DNA of 64,000 nucleotides from the NCBI GenBank assembly GCA_964187785.1, contig OZ076411.1, forward strand, positions 57,102,001 to 57,166,000, written 5' to 3'. A program made the translations under genes and the position numbers. Each line of letters begins with the position of its first letter. Within the stretch, counting starts at the first letter, position 1. Shown piece by piece: positions 26,902 to 38,900 of this stretch. The notes below the pieces were generated by a model. That model had not been told where the DNA came from. It ran no database searches and saw nothing but the letters and a program-made list of their open reading frames with translations. This DNA is from Amphiscolops sp. MND2022. Taxonomy: Eukaryota.

Positions 26902-27098
26902 GTGAGAAATATGTAAATAGTTAAGATGTTTCCATGGACGCCTACGTAGGTGAGCAAAATTAGAATGACCCCCACAGTGTAGTTGACCCAATCGGGAATG
27001 GGGGCGTAGTAGGTGTCAATCCAGGAGTCATCGTCTGTACCAGGAATGTTCCCCGGAAATGTTCCAGTTGTCGTGTTGAATATCTCGCTGATGTTCAT
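26902..27098 (-). CDS. First coding exon of an opsin-like class A GPCR (r-opsin/melanopsin-like N-terminus and TM1)
   Basis: IPDWVNYTVGVILILLTYVGVHGNILTIYIF resembles melanopsin TM1 (PD..YT.G...G..GN...IY.F). N-glycosylation sequons NIS and NTT. GTAAGT donor (phase 2) at 26901; polypyrimidine-CAG acceptor upstream at 27133. Downstream exons not found. Confidence 0.75.
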
Positions 27099-27199
27099 CT
27101 CAGGTGATTAGTCACTTTCACACCCAAAAAACCTGCATGAAAAAAGGAAAAAACTGTCAATTGAAGTTGATGATTTGTAACGGCACCCTCTGGTACGAA

Positions 27200-27289
27200 A
27201 AATTCAGTCGATATTGGAATTTAGACTTTGGACATGTCCAGAAAATTTTTGAAAAATTCTAATTCGATCTTTGACGTGGCACTGAGCAT
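27200..27289 (+). repeat. ~90-bp dispersed repeat, second copy at ~31224-31313
   Basis: aaattcagtcgatattggaatttagactt...tctttgacgtg(g/a)cactgagcat occurs at both sites. Confidence 0.85.
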
Positions 27290-30200
27290 ATGATTGCTCT
27301 TTTCGCTGTTTCTACGAAATTGGCAGGTAATTCGACAACAAAGAGCAAGAACAAGCAAAAACATAGCGGCAGCCGACAGAACAAACGCCAGAGACTGCAA
27401 AAACCTCGGAAAATAAACTCCTACTGGTGCTAACCTTGATTTCGACAGTATGCTACTTCAAGTAGCGAAAACCGTAAAGATTGAGTCTTTCCATCTAATT
27501 CGCGAATCTGTGCACGTGGTGCCCCAGCTTGCGAGCTGAATGAGGACATTGCCAAATAAATGTTATCGACAAGATTGTTGCATTTTGTTGTGAACTTATG
27601 GCTACTAAACAATATTAGAAATTATTCCCCAAGTCACCCTGAATGGCTAAATTTACATTTATACTTCCTTTTGGAACGTTTTTAAAGGCTGTCTAAGCGG
27701 TAGTTTCAAAGACAAAGCGTAATTCACGTTATTGACAGCAATTAAAGACTAATAGAAGCTGGCGAGGGCTCCATAAGAGACGGCTATGCCCCCTCCTGAC
27801 GGGAAAACGGGACTATGGCTATGGGCGCTTTTACCGGGCAAACACCCATGTCATAGGTTTTATGGCGAAAAGACGACTTGGTGAGAGCTTGTCAATGCAT
27901 GGAGACCACAATTTTTGGCAACCACAGAGGGATGGGTGTCGTCTTGGAGCGTTCCCTTAATGATTTAAAAAAACTGGCTCTCTGTTGATTGACGCCGAGT
28001 ACAATATGGCTCTAGTTGGAGATGTCTACGCAGAGTATTTCCTTCATTTTTACACTTTGATGTTTTGACCGGTATCCTGTGCCAGTAATTCTGTTCCCTT
28101 TTTTCCGGGAACTTTTCCGAATACCGATGGTTTATTAGTAAAAGGTATTTGTTGACAGATATACAAATATTTGTCGACATACAAAATCGCAATGTTCTCA
28201 TCAGTGGGTCCTCTTTTTAGGAGCGTAGTGGACATTAGCACGTCGCTACTGGTGTTTAACAGTTTTTTCGAGCTGTTTTCAGTGATTTGCGCTTATGTAC
28301 GATAGGTGGAAGTGAGTAATGGATGGGTCATACTCCATCTGACCGATTGATAAGCTGAAACGAGTGTTCCCGACTCTCCTTTCCCATTTCCCGTGCAGAC
28401 GGGCTAGAAGTATGGTTTTAATGGAAAACTAGAACAAGCACTGACGTTGCCGACGGTACAAAGTATTTCTCTCTGGCTAATCTGGGTGTTGAGAAAATAG
28501 ACGGCGAAGGTACCACCCCTCATTTCGGAAGAATCGGTTTTTCGGAGTATGGTATGGAAACAGTTTTTCGATTGCGTATTTTTCATTTGGTTATGCTAGC
28601 TTGTCCTTGCGGCAACTCAATGTGTGCTTTTGCAGCTGTTTTCAGTGAAAAAAGTGCGATTTTCAAGGCAAAAGTTGCCAGAACGTCATTTTTGGGCTTT
28701 TTCGACACCTTTCTTGGTACGAGCGCGAGCTCTCTGGGTATTAGCCACAGCAGTTAAAAACGAACTAAAAGTAGCCCAAGACCTCGAGAAGTTTGATAAA
28801 TAATGCAGGGAAAACCAGAAAAACCGTTGGAGTGTTTCATCAGACGCATTTTGTATGAAAAAACCCGTCTTTTTGTGATTTTGGAAAAAAACACTAGAAA
28901 CTGCAACTAGGAGATTGTTGTAGAGTAATGTAATCGCCTCCCCCGCGCTGCTAAAAGTTTGGGGCACACTCTATGTCACACAAAACAACGTTTGAGCAGG
29001 TTTTTAACGTTTCATAGCAAGAAAAAATTACAAATCCTTGATTTTTGGCTAGTTTCGGGAGTGTTCACGTACACCATTAAAACGTCTGGGGCACTCAGTC
29101 TTTTTGTTAACTAGGAGATCAAGAGCTATCATATCCTGTTTCTATAGTACAAACTACGTGTGACGGAGAAAACCGCGTCAGAAAATTCCTTTTCACTGCT
29201 GAGAAAAGTTGGAAAACGCTCTGAAATACCCCATTTTCTCATCAATCCGGACTGTCCCAAAAGTAGGACCCTACCTCAAACGCGATTGCATGTTTGCAAC
29301 CGCCATCGAAATTAACGTTTGGCCCAGAAAGTTTGTTGAGCTTAGCATTTATCAAAATTGAGAAAAGCTCTCTCAGGTTTTGACCTCAGAAAGAGTAAAA
29401 ACTGCCGAAATTTCCCAAAACTACAGGATGACGGTGAACCATACCTAACGGGCACAGCTAATTGAGGCCTAATTTCAGTGCTACGGCTAATGGGGCAAAG
29501 CATTAGTTCTATTTTGCCTGTTGTAACATTCCTTGGTGTGACCCTCGTAGCCAATTTCAGAAAAAATGGTCAAAAAACACAGTTTTATATCTAAGTAGTA
29601 TCTGTACCTTGTCAGAACCTCCACGAAGCATCCGAGCTTCTGTATGACCATTCCACTAGCATTGTGGGTGCCTAGTGGCAATTGCTAATAATTTTTGTGT
29701 CGATTGGTGCAGTATTTGTTGAGATAATAACGAAAGCGTACTGCACAAAAAAATGGTGCAAACATGTAAGTTTTTCGAAATTTTTTGAAGAAGCTACCTG
29801 AACACCTTAGCCAAAAAATGAAGCCGAATTGCTGCCCATCATTGTAACTAGTGCTATTTGTTGTATCGTTGCCAAAAAACGAGCTTGAGAAGTACTCACT
29901 GTGGACCGGGATCTTGGTTGACACGTGAAAAACAGTGCATAATGGAACATGGTGATTTGAACGTCTGTACCCAGTTGAAACTTCCCATGGTCACTCTAGC
30001 CCAAATTGGCGCTTATTCTCGTGTACCTCAGCCGACGTGAGATTGTGTGGCAGATTTTGAGGTTGACCCTACGTTTGCAGCGTGAGCCCTAGCCACTTAC
30101 GTTTTTTCAAGTGAATCCGAAAACCCAAAAAATACGAAGAAAACCTCTGACTGGTGACTGGTACCTACTATCCCAATTCTGGACTCACATTTTAGGTCAG

Positions 30201-31992
30201 TGCATCAGTCCTGAAGTGTTGTATACTTTTCAGCACGCTAAAACCCTTGGAAGCAGTTTCGACACACCTTGGACGTGCATATCCATTGTTTCCGTTTAAG
30301 TTTTCACCAATACGAAAATTGGGTTATATTGGGGTAAAAGTCACCTTCACGTGCTGTTGGACTGTATCGCGTGGACTCACTTACTTGCATTTTGTTACTT
30401 ACAGTTTTGATATCCCATGTATTGTAACGAGTTGGACCATTTTTGGCAGCTATCGGCGCACCTTATTGCAATGTTGGGACTACATTGCTCTGGATCAATA
30501 TTATCAATGTCATTTAGTGCACCGTTATTAACAAAGTTACCTCGCAAGCTCAACACTGCGAATAAGAGTCTTTGATTGCACGTGGCAAATCGTGTCAATT
30601 GAGAACCGGTGATACTGAACGCCTGTTACAGATGCAGATCTCGCCCAATTGCCCAAGCCCTAATTGGTGCTTATTGCAATGTACCTGGCTCCACGTGGGA
30701 TTGTGTGATCAATTTTGAGTACAATCCCACGCTTACAGCGTGTGTACAAGCCACTGAGTGTTTTTCAAAAAAATCCGAAACCTCGAAAAAGCCTTGAAAA
30801 AGACTCTCTCAATCCTGGAAGAACTATTCACTTCGGGAGGTTAATTTTTTATCCTGTGTGTCTGACAGAACGTGCTGGCAAGCTACAACAGCTAGAATGA
30901 ATTTGAACTAAACTCAGACACGCGCTTCAACAAAATCCCTAAAAACTGTCAAAATATGAACACTGTAAAACCCGAATACTTTCGCTGCACAGGAAGCACG
31001 AAGGAAAAGCGTTCAAATTCCAACAGTAAGGACCTAGTAGGCCTCCCTTGGTGCAAACGAGGCGAAACCTACGGTTCAAAAAAATGCCGGCATCGGTCAA
31101 AAATTTTCGACAACCCTGAAGCATCGAACTTGAAATTTGATTTTTGCAAAGCTCAAATCGGAAGTTTGTAAGTGTCTGAGAATACTCCGGTCTTAAATTT
31201 GCAAACAACCTACTTGTACAGTAAAATTCAGTCGATATTGGAATTTAGACTTTAGACATGTTCAGAAATTTTTTGAAAACTTCTAAGTCGATCTTTGACG
31301 TGACACTGAGCATTAAAAATTCACTGATTGGATTTAATTTTACCAAGCTGCTTTCAAGTTGCATCCTAAATTTGGCGGCAGTTTTGCGCCGCAACGTTTT
31401 ACAGGTTTCATTAAGACAGACGCCGTTCTAATTTAGAAAACAGCTGGGAACTTCATCGATTTTACCGCGATTTCAATGCAAATAAACTTCAGTCAGATTA
31501 AGTTTTTGTTTCGAAGTAGCGTCATAACCAGCGTGCTATTTGACTAACGATGATTACATAAGGTATTTAAATCAGAAACTTATGCGTGAAAACAAAGTGA
31601 TTGCGGTGGTGAAGAACTGAAATTGTATTCAGGTTTAATTCAAACAGTGGAGGCTGCATTGTAATCCTACAAAATTTCCATGCAAGCTCCCGGAATTTTC
31701 CATGTTTCGTAAAAAAAAATAGCCTGCTTGTTTCCATGCAACATATAAAAAGTTCAAGCCATCTCGACTAGGGTAAGCACATGTAAAATCCACACGTTCA
31801 TTTTGGAAACAAGTATCAGAAACAGTACTACAAATGTTTGTGGTTTCGTTGCCTGTTGAAACTTCAATTGACAGTGAAAGAAACTAGTGCTGAAAACAAT
31901 AGTATACCCTTTTTTGTGAAGTTTTCAATTAAGTAAGCCTTCAAGTTCAAAACTCATTGTAGAATCAGTAATATCAACAGGCTATACAGAAT

Positions 31993-32694
31993 TTACTTTA
32001 ACATGTATGAAAGAACACCATAAGCTCCAAAAAGGATGACGATCAATAAATGGTGGATGCCGTAACCGTCGTCTTCATCACTATGATAAGAATCTACTGA
32101 ATTCTCTCTCTGACGATTTATATGGTTACTATTCGTCCCTACTGTCCTAGGGAAGTCTTTCTTGACGTCCAGGGACGTTTTCCCAGCGATTTGTTGATGC
32201 GGTCCATCTGACCTTAGGTCCCTATGTGGACGTACTTGTTCAAAAATTTTCGGATGCGGTCCATCTGACCTTAAGTCCAAATGAGTATTTTGGCTTTCTA
32301 ACACGTTCCTGATGCTAGGAATCACTTTCCCTTCAATTGCTGAGTCTATTGCATTTAAAATATGCGAATTAAGATCAGATCTCATTTCTTCTAATTTCCT
32401 GGACATTTGCGAAGAAATTTCTGAATTTATTGCTCTACTAGTTTCAACTGTAATTTCACTATTTTTACTTGCATTAGTATTCAATAAAGTCCTAAAATTC
32501 CCACTAATTGAGTTTACTTCCTTGTTGGATTTCCTTGAGTCTAAATTTAGACCAGTATCGCTAAGGTTTTCATCTCTAACTTGATCACTCTCTTGGTAAT
32601 TTCCCAACATTATATCTAAATTCTCAATATCTGACATAACGTCTGATTGTCTGGAACGCTTCTCTCTAGCTTTCTGCTTTCTAGTCGAAGGCAT
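31993..32694 (-). CDS. LTR-encoded Gag N-terminus (212 codons) reading out of the 3' LTR into flanking DNA
   Basis: Near-identical to the first 212 aa of gag up to DEDDGY, then continues GIHHLLIVILFGAYGVLSYMLK* in the flank. Expression is unknown. Confidence 0.6.
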   Translation of the reverse strand: MPSTRKQKAREKRSRQSDVMSDIENLDIMLGNYQESDQVRDENLSDTGLNLDSRKSNKEVNSISGNFRTLLNTNASKNSEITVETSRAINSEISSQMSRKLEEMRSDLNSHILNAIDSAIEGKVIPSIRNVLESQNTHLDLRSDGPHPKIFEQVRPHRDLRSDGPHQQIAGKTSLDVKKDFPRTVGTNSNHINRQRENSVDSYHSDEDDGYGIHHLLIVILFGAYGVLSYMLK

Positions 32695-33436
32695 AACAAT
32701 GGATTTGATGTTTCAACAGTGAATTCACTAATATCAATGTCAAATCAAAGTAGTCGTGTATCGTATATCAGTAATATCAATAATGATCCTTTCAACAACG
32801 GGTTCCTGGTATATATAGTTGCAGGACCATGACAATCATTATTTGGGACGTCAAGGTCCGAAAATATACGTGACGTCATGTTTACTATAAGTAGCTGAAG
32901 ATACACTACACGTCATATTACGTCAGCAGCTATAAATAGAATTAGAACAAGTTTAACTAGCTAACAGGCAACTTTGGTGACTACATGTGCATGACACTAC
33001 GTCATGTCAAACTAAACTAATCAACGGTTGAAATGCATGAAGAGGCATGGTGACCTAACGTCAGAGTGACTGCACTAAAGCACTGTGATTATAGGTAGCA
33101 CCGTATATATATGAACACTGTATGACAACGCGTCAACTAGACTGCAACGGCGAGTAGTTGACGCATTTTATTTAACATTATGGCAAACAAAAAATATTGC
33201 AAGTACTTTCATGGGGTCAACGTGACCTTAGGTCAAAACAGTAAGATAACTGGTTTCATGACTAAATGATTGCTAAATTGGATTAATATTGACAATTTCT
33301 TGTAAAACAATCTACATCAATCGTAGTTTGAGTTGTTTTAGTTTCTACAGTGGGAGCACTCCGGGTGCGGGACCAATTTGGAAGTCTTCGGGCATGACTT
33401 GATATAGCAAACCGTCACAGGCGGCAGCCTGCGACT
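32058..33436 (-). repeat. G2 3' LTR (1379 bp)
   Basis: Matches 46009-47344. The first base is T>A mutated; a short purine run (GGGGAA) lies upstream as a weak PPT. Confidence 0.95.
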
Positions 33437-34160
33437 TTCCCCGGGGGACTAAGATAAATGAGCCTGCCCGCATTCCCGCCTGGAAAGCTCGTCTTCTTGC
33501 CATTCTTTGATCATACGATTCTCCACTGACGTGCGATCCTTCAAGATACCCCAAGGTAATTTCTTCCTTGATCTCAGGGTATGATTTACCACATACAATG
33601 CATCCAGAATGGCTAGTATCGTTCGGTTGCCCGCAGTAGCTGCTTACGGAAATTGCCAATCCTGTAATATGCCGATTCTGTACCCACTGATCGGTTCTTT
33701 GGTCATGGTGTTGTTGATGTTCATAATGGTAGTAGGGCATTTGATCAGCAAGTGGCGGTGACGCCGGGGACTGTATTACTGGATCAAGCTGACTACATTC
33801 CGCAATTGGATGATGTGCGGAATCTTGGGCACAATATGTGGCTGGTGGGTGTCCTACGGCCCAATTGATTAGATCGTCAGAAGGTTCCGTGAAGGTATCA
33901 ATCGTTTCTAACAGAGAATCAGCAGGCAAGTTGAAGTCATTGAGACTTTGGGTCAGACTTGTAGTCATTGCTCGACCAGCAACTAGTTGGGGGAGAAATG
34001 GGGGCTTTTCATAGTAACAAGCTAATACCTGTATTTCGTCATCTTCTTCTTCTTTGTCCAAATGATCTTGCACTGACGTCACTGAATCCACTTCCATGTC
34101 CTCATCGGAGGACGCATATGACAGACTTGGGCGACCTTCTATGGGAAATTGTAGTGCCAT
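33345..34160 (-). CDS. G2 ORF3: intact ~271-aa protein (acidic N-terminus, Pro/Gln/His-rich middle, CxxCG domain), C-terminus encoded in U3
   Basis: Open frame 34289-33345. Probable ATG at 34160, downstream of an acceptor-like TTCTTCTCAG. Homologous to G1 ORF3. Confidence 0.8.
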   Translation of the reverse strand: MALQFPIEGRPSLSYASSDEDMEVDSVTSVQDHLDKEEEDDEIQVLACYYEKPPFLPQLVAGRAMTTSLTQSLNDFNLPADSLLETIDTFTEPSDDLINWAVGHPPATYCAQDSAHHPIAECSQLDPVIQSPASPPLADQMPYYHYEHQQHHDQRTDQWVQNRHITGLAISVSSYCGQPNDTSHSGCIVCGKSYPEIKEEITLGYLEGSHVSGESYDQRMARRRAFQAGMRAGSFILVPRGKSQAAACDGLLYQVMPEDFQIGPAPGVLPL

Positions 34161-35976
34161 CTGCTCACTATATCGGCTGAGAAGAATTTTCTTAGCAATT
34201 TTGATTTCAGAGGAAGTAGGACTGATTTTAAGGTATGTTTCGATGAGAATGGTGTATTGGGGTTGTTTTGACTTAAGGTCTAACCTCAAGATTTGCGGGA
34301 AAATGGAAAGGAAAGCCCCGCGAAGCGTCTCCTTAAATCTTCCTATTTAGGGTAGAACTGAATGAATAAGTCATCAACAATTTAGTGGTCGTGTCACTTA
34401 ACGAGGTGTGAAGCATCACTTAAGATTATTTGCCTTCCTTCTTCAAAGGCTCATAAAGCGGTGTTGGCCAGTAGCAGAAGTCTTGACTGCTATTAGCGTT
34501 TGTCAACAACGCAGTTCAAAGACTGATGGTCGGTCTGACTACCTCGTTTGTGGTAACCAATCAGGTGAATTTGGAGTAAAATACGATTAGTCGGAGATAA
34601 TTGAAGATTCGCTATGATTTAACCAATTTTCTGGAGGCAAAGCCCTAGTGAAAGTGTACCTATAATATAAAAGAATAAATGTACAAATGGATCATGTGAT
34701 AGATTTTAGACAGTAATTCGTGGTTAAAATGGTAGTACTCCGCTGGCAGGTCGGGTACCCATGTTCAGTGTAAAACATTTCAACAGTAATGTGTTTAAGG
34801 TACTGGCGTAATGGTAGATTATAGCCACGACTCTCTATTTAAGGTTATATACAGTGCCAATTTTAGATTGTACGTGAAGGGATACTAATAAGTGTGATGG
34901 CGGATGAGAGGTATTTAGGGTAATTGGCCGTGGTATTTGGTGCAGTCAATTATACCAAAGGTCCAGTAGTGGAAATAAGGTCTGATAATTTGATGGTTGC
35001 AGTCCCAATTAAGATGAGTCTTATTTCATGTAAAACGTACATGCATGCATTATGGTGCAGTCCTTTTGACCATTGGTCATTTATAGTGAAGCTGATCCAC
35101 CTCTTCTGGGAATTGAATACATGTATTCGTTTACAGTCAAGGAGAAGTATTGTCTGATTACGTAAGCAATGCTAGGTAAATAATAGGCAGCGTTCAACTG
35201 CGAGTACATTGTGACTAAACAAATATACCATATTATTGACAAGCAGCAACAGAAATTACGTCATTTGAAAGCTGTACCGTAGGTAACGCAATTGTCTATA
35301 TGTTTGTTCTGCTATTAGTACAGTTTCAATTCCAAGTGACTTGTGGTAATAAATCGCAGTTTCCAAGTAGCATCACTTAAGCTGTATCAATTTCTTCTGG
35401 AATTTGATATTGTCTTTCTGACCTTGGGACAGCCTTTTATCCTCATTTTCCTTATGATCTTTCGGAGTCACCGACATTCATAACACTGCTGTCAGTTTGA
35501 CCTAACGTCATTTGAACGTAGTTTCGTTTCAACTCCGTCTAATTGAATAATTCAATTGTCCCTATTTTACGTCTCTGGGATTGAACTACTGCGTTGTTGT
35601 TGATTCGACTGAGGACAACCGTGTTTCTCCAAACTATTTTAATTCTGCTTCTTTTGAATTGTAAATACAAATTAGCCTTGCGTTTATCCTCTCTGGGATT
35701 ATCTCTGGTTCTGGATTGTCAACCGGACTGAAGGTCACATCACGTATCTTCGCTGGAAGGAGCTATCACGACCATTTGATACGACAAATTACTGCCACAA
35801 TAGAGCGGAATTCAGACCTCCCGTCATCGAAGTATCTTCAGGTTGGTTCTTTTTAAGTGTTAAAATCTAGCTTGATCAGGGCTTTCATTTAACTAAGTTT
35901 CTTCCTCCATCGTGAAAACGTACTTAGATGTGTGAAATTTTAAATCTACTTCCGGAAGTTGTTTGAATGCGGTAAG

Positions 35977-38900
35977 ATGGATACTTTTGCAGGAAGCGAA
36001 CCGCGATTATTCATTTCCTTTCATTTAGAAAACGAAGCAAATGGCCAACCAGCTCAGGAAGCAGAAGAAATCATGGACACTAGCTCTCCCAATTTAGCAC
36101 GTAGAGAAAGAGGTGACAGTACATCAAGTGATGAAATCGAAGTGATCGAGATCACTTTATCCAGTCCCGAATGTACAAACGTTGAGTTAACTCGTCCGCC
36201 TGTTGTGTCAGTAAAAATTGAGCCGGAGATCACGGAGTCACAATTAGTCGCTGAAATCCGAAGGAGAAGTGGATTTTCAAGTAACAGCAGTACTGGCTCT
36301 GACGAAAGTTGCGGAGCATACCTGACAAGAAAACTAGGCGAGTTGGAAAAAGCAGCACAGCCAGAAGTTTCAAACGAGACCACTAGTGAAGTCAAGCAGA
36401 GTGAAAGTGAGCCAATTATTCTTCGTCCCGGCCGTAGCCCGACAGCTGGGGTAACTGTTGAACCTCCCAGGAATCAGGCTCCCTCTGGACTGACACAGAC
36501 TCTTTCCCTGGCCAAATTTATTGGCACAACCTCTAGCCCTGGTGATAAGGGTAATAAGCCAGGTGAATCGGCTGACTTCTACGAGTTCACATTTGCTCCA
36601 GCACCAAAACACAAATCCGTCCGCAGTGAGGGAGAATGCCGTCCAAATGACCCTACGTCCTCGGGCCAGATCAGGCACTTCGTAACTGAGACCCAATCAG
36701 TAAGTGGAACTGAAGTCCCAATGTTGAGTGATCATGACTCTACCCGATACGCGCGGTCAACATTGGCAGAAGCACTGGCACCTCCCGAGGTTTAGAACAT
36801 TCCTTATGATAGTGGTGAATCTGACTATGAGTCGACTGTGCGGATACCTACAGCAGCAATTAGGGAGGCTCCTATTTCCATTAGTAGCAAGGAAACACTC
36901 CGCAAATGCTTCAGTGAGACAAATCCCATAAGTCTTGCACAAGGGCACCCGACCGTGGCGTTTAACCAGGAACAGATGTGCCAAATATTGAAAGTGTTTG
37001 CTGACGAGACGGCTAAATCAACCTTTAGGATGATGAATAGTCTCATCGAGAAAGCTAGTCGACTTAATTTGAACCAGGGCCCCTACGCTTCCAATAGCAT
37101 GCATCGACCCAAATCTTTTCAATCGACGTGTACTGATTCAGAAACTGACCGTTATAAACTGCGTCACAGGACCCCGACTAAACAAAGTGACTTTTAGGAC
37201 ACTGATTACTCATGCGAGCAAACTCCCAGTCGAACGTCAGAGGTCAACATCCCAAGTCCTCCAGTACCTGGTTGCAGTCGAGATGACCCTCGGTCTCCTG
37301 AGTTAGGGCAAACCATAGACAGTCCAGGAGCTCAGACTTTAGCCGAGTTAAAGCGAGAAGCGGCAATGAGTAAAAATAAAGGAAAAAGGAATTCTAAGCG
37401 CCCAAACAGTTCAAAGACAAAGAAAGCAAAGAAGTCCGTGTGGAGGTCTAACAAGGTGATGCGCGAGGAATTATTTGAAGGCATGGGTTGAGCAAGAACA
37501 TTCGTTTCTGGACCAATGGACCCCAAATGGAACCCCTACAAGTTTTACTGCCAAATTTGTAAGGGAAATGTATCTATCTACGGCAGAGGTGCTAAGGAAA
37601 TACTCAGACATCACGCAACAGAGCGACACCTGCGCAGGGACCAACGATGGCGTTACGAACACCTGTCAGTAGAAGATCCAGCCACAAAAACATTTCGTCA
37701 CTACGTCAGTGATAAGAATGGTAAACTTTTGACACCTTACGAATTGGAACTAGAGTATCCGAAGTTCAAAGACAAAGCTCTTGTCGACATTGGTGAAAAG
37801 CTACCATTTTACGACGAGGCCATGGCAGGCAATACCCACATGACGTCTTCGTCTGAAAGCAGAGTACGAGTACAGATTTCGATTTTGGGACACTTCCTAC
37901 CTAACTTCGGTGACCTCAGGTCAATGCGCAGCTTGTGGCAGGACATAGGAATCGTCGTCAACCATCAAGCCTTGTTCTCTGACTTCAACTGGGGAAAAGA
38001 ACGCCTCTCAGTAAGTCCTCATGAAACAACTTGATCTTTTGATATGTTGGTACTTTCCACAAATCATGTATCACTTTACGGTACTGCTGTTCTGAGCTAA
38101 GGTTACTACTCGAATCCCCTCATTAGCATTCCGTATTTGTGTTTTCAGGTCCTGTTTCATCACATATTCGTGCGGATGCTGGATGACCTAGGACACTACA
38201 TCGTGGCTGAAGGGCAATTTGCTGTAGAATTTGAATTGAAAGGTCTGTTCCTCTTCTTGCACTTGCGATTCTGGCGCGACAATCAGCTATGCCGTGTCGT
38301 CTTGAAAAGGACAGGGCGAACTGTCGGAAAATTCCAAGCTGAAAAACACCTTTTCTTCAGCCTCTTGGGAGCCATTTCAGCACGACCCAATCCAGTTTGT
38401 GCCAGTGGATGTTCACTTGAGTTCGTTCAAGAACTGGACGAGGGTCCCTTGTTCACATTTGGGGTGCAAAGCTTCAAACGCTTTGACGAGGTGTCACTGG
38501 CCAAGATGATGCACAAGGACAGTTATTCCGTTTTTGGGCGAATTGACTTCTTTTCCGTACTGAAATATCTCGTCGTCTCGCTCGGAGGCAGCCTGGACAT
38601 GGAGTGCGTCTTGCTAGCCCCCGAGTTATCCAAGGTTAGGATCTTCCATTGTTTTGGGTTTTCATGCCTGACTTTGGGTCTCAATGCTTGGGTTGTTTAT
38701 AGGCTATCAGAACATGCCAACTAGACGTTTCCAAACTCCATGTACTCTGTCAGGAATTGTTGAAGCACTGGAAGTCGATCGTGGAGTTCCTCACTGCGCA
38801 TTCGCCAAAGCAGCAGATGCAGGGAGTACACAACCAGGTTGGGATTAAGTCAAATAGACCTTTGGTCAAACATTCAAATTCCTTCACAGCGATCAAATGT

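Noticed and set aside
27760-27960. GC-richer island as a SINE, tRNA or ribozyme
   Set aside because: No A/B boxes, cloverleaf or complete hammerhead core could be identified.
30694-30731. 11-bp stem hairpin CGTGGGATTGT/ACAATCCCACG as a Helitron end or structured RNA
   Set aside because: No CTRR terminus or other supporting context.
33345-34289. ORF3 as an env gene
   Set aside because: No signal peptide, furin site or transmembrane segment.
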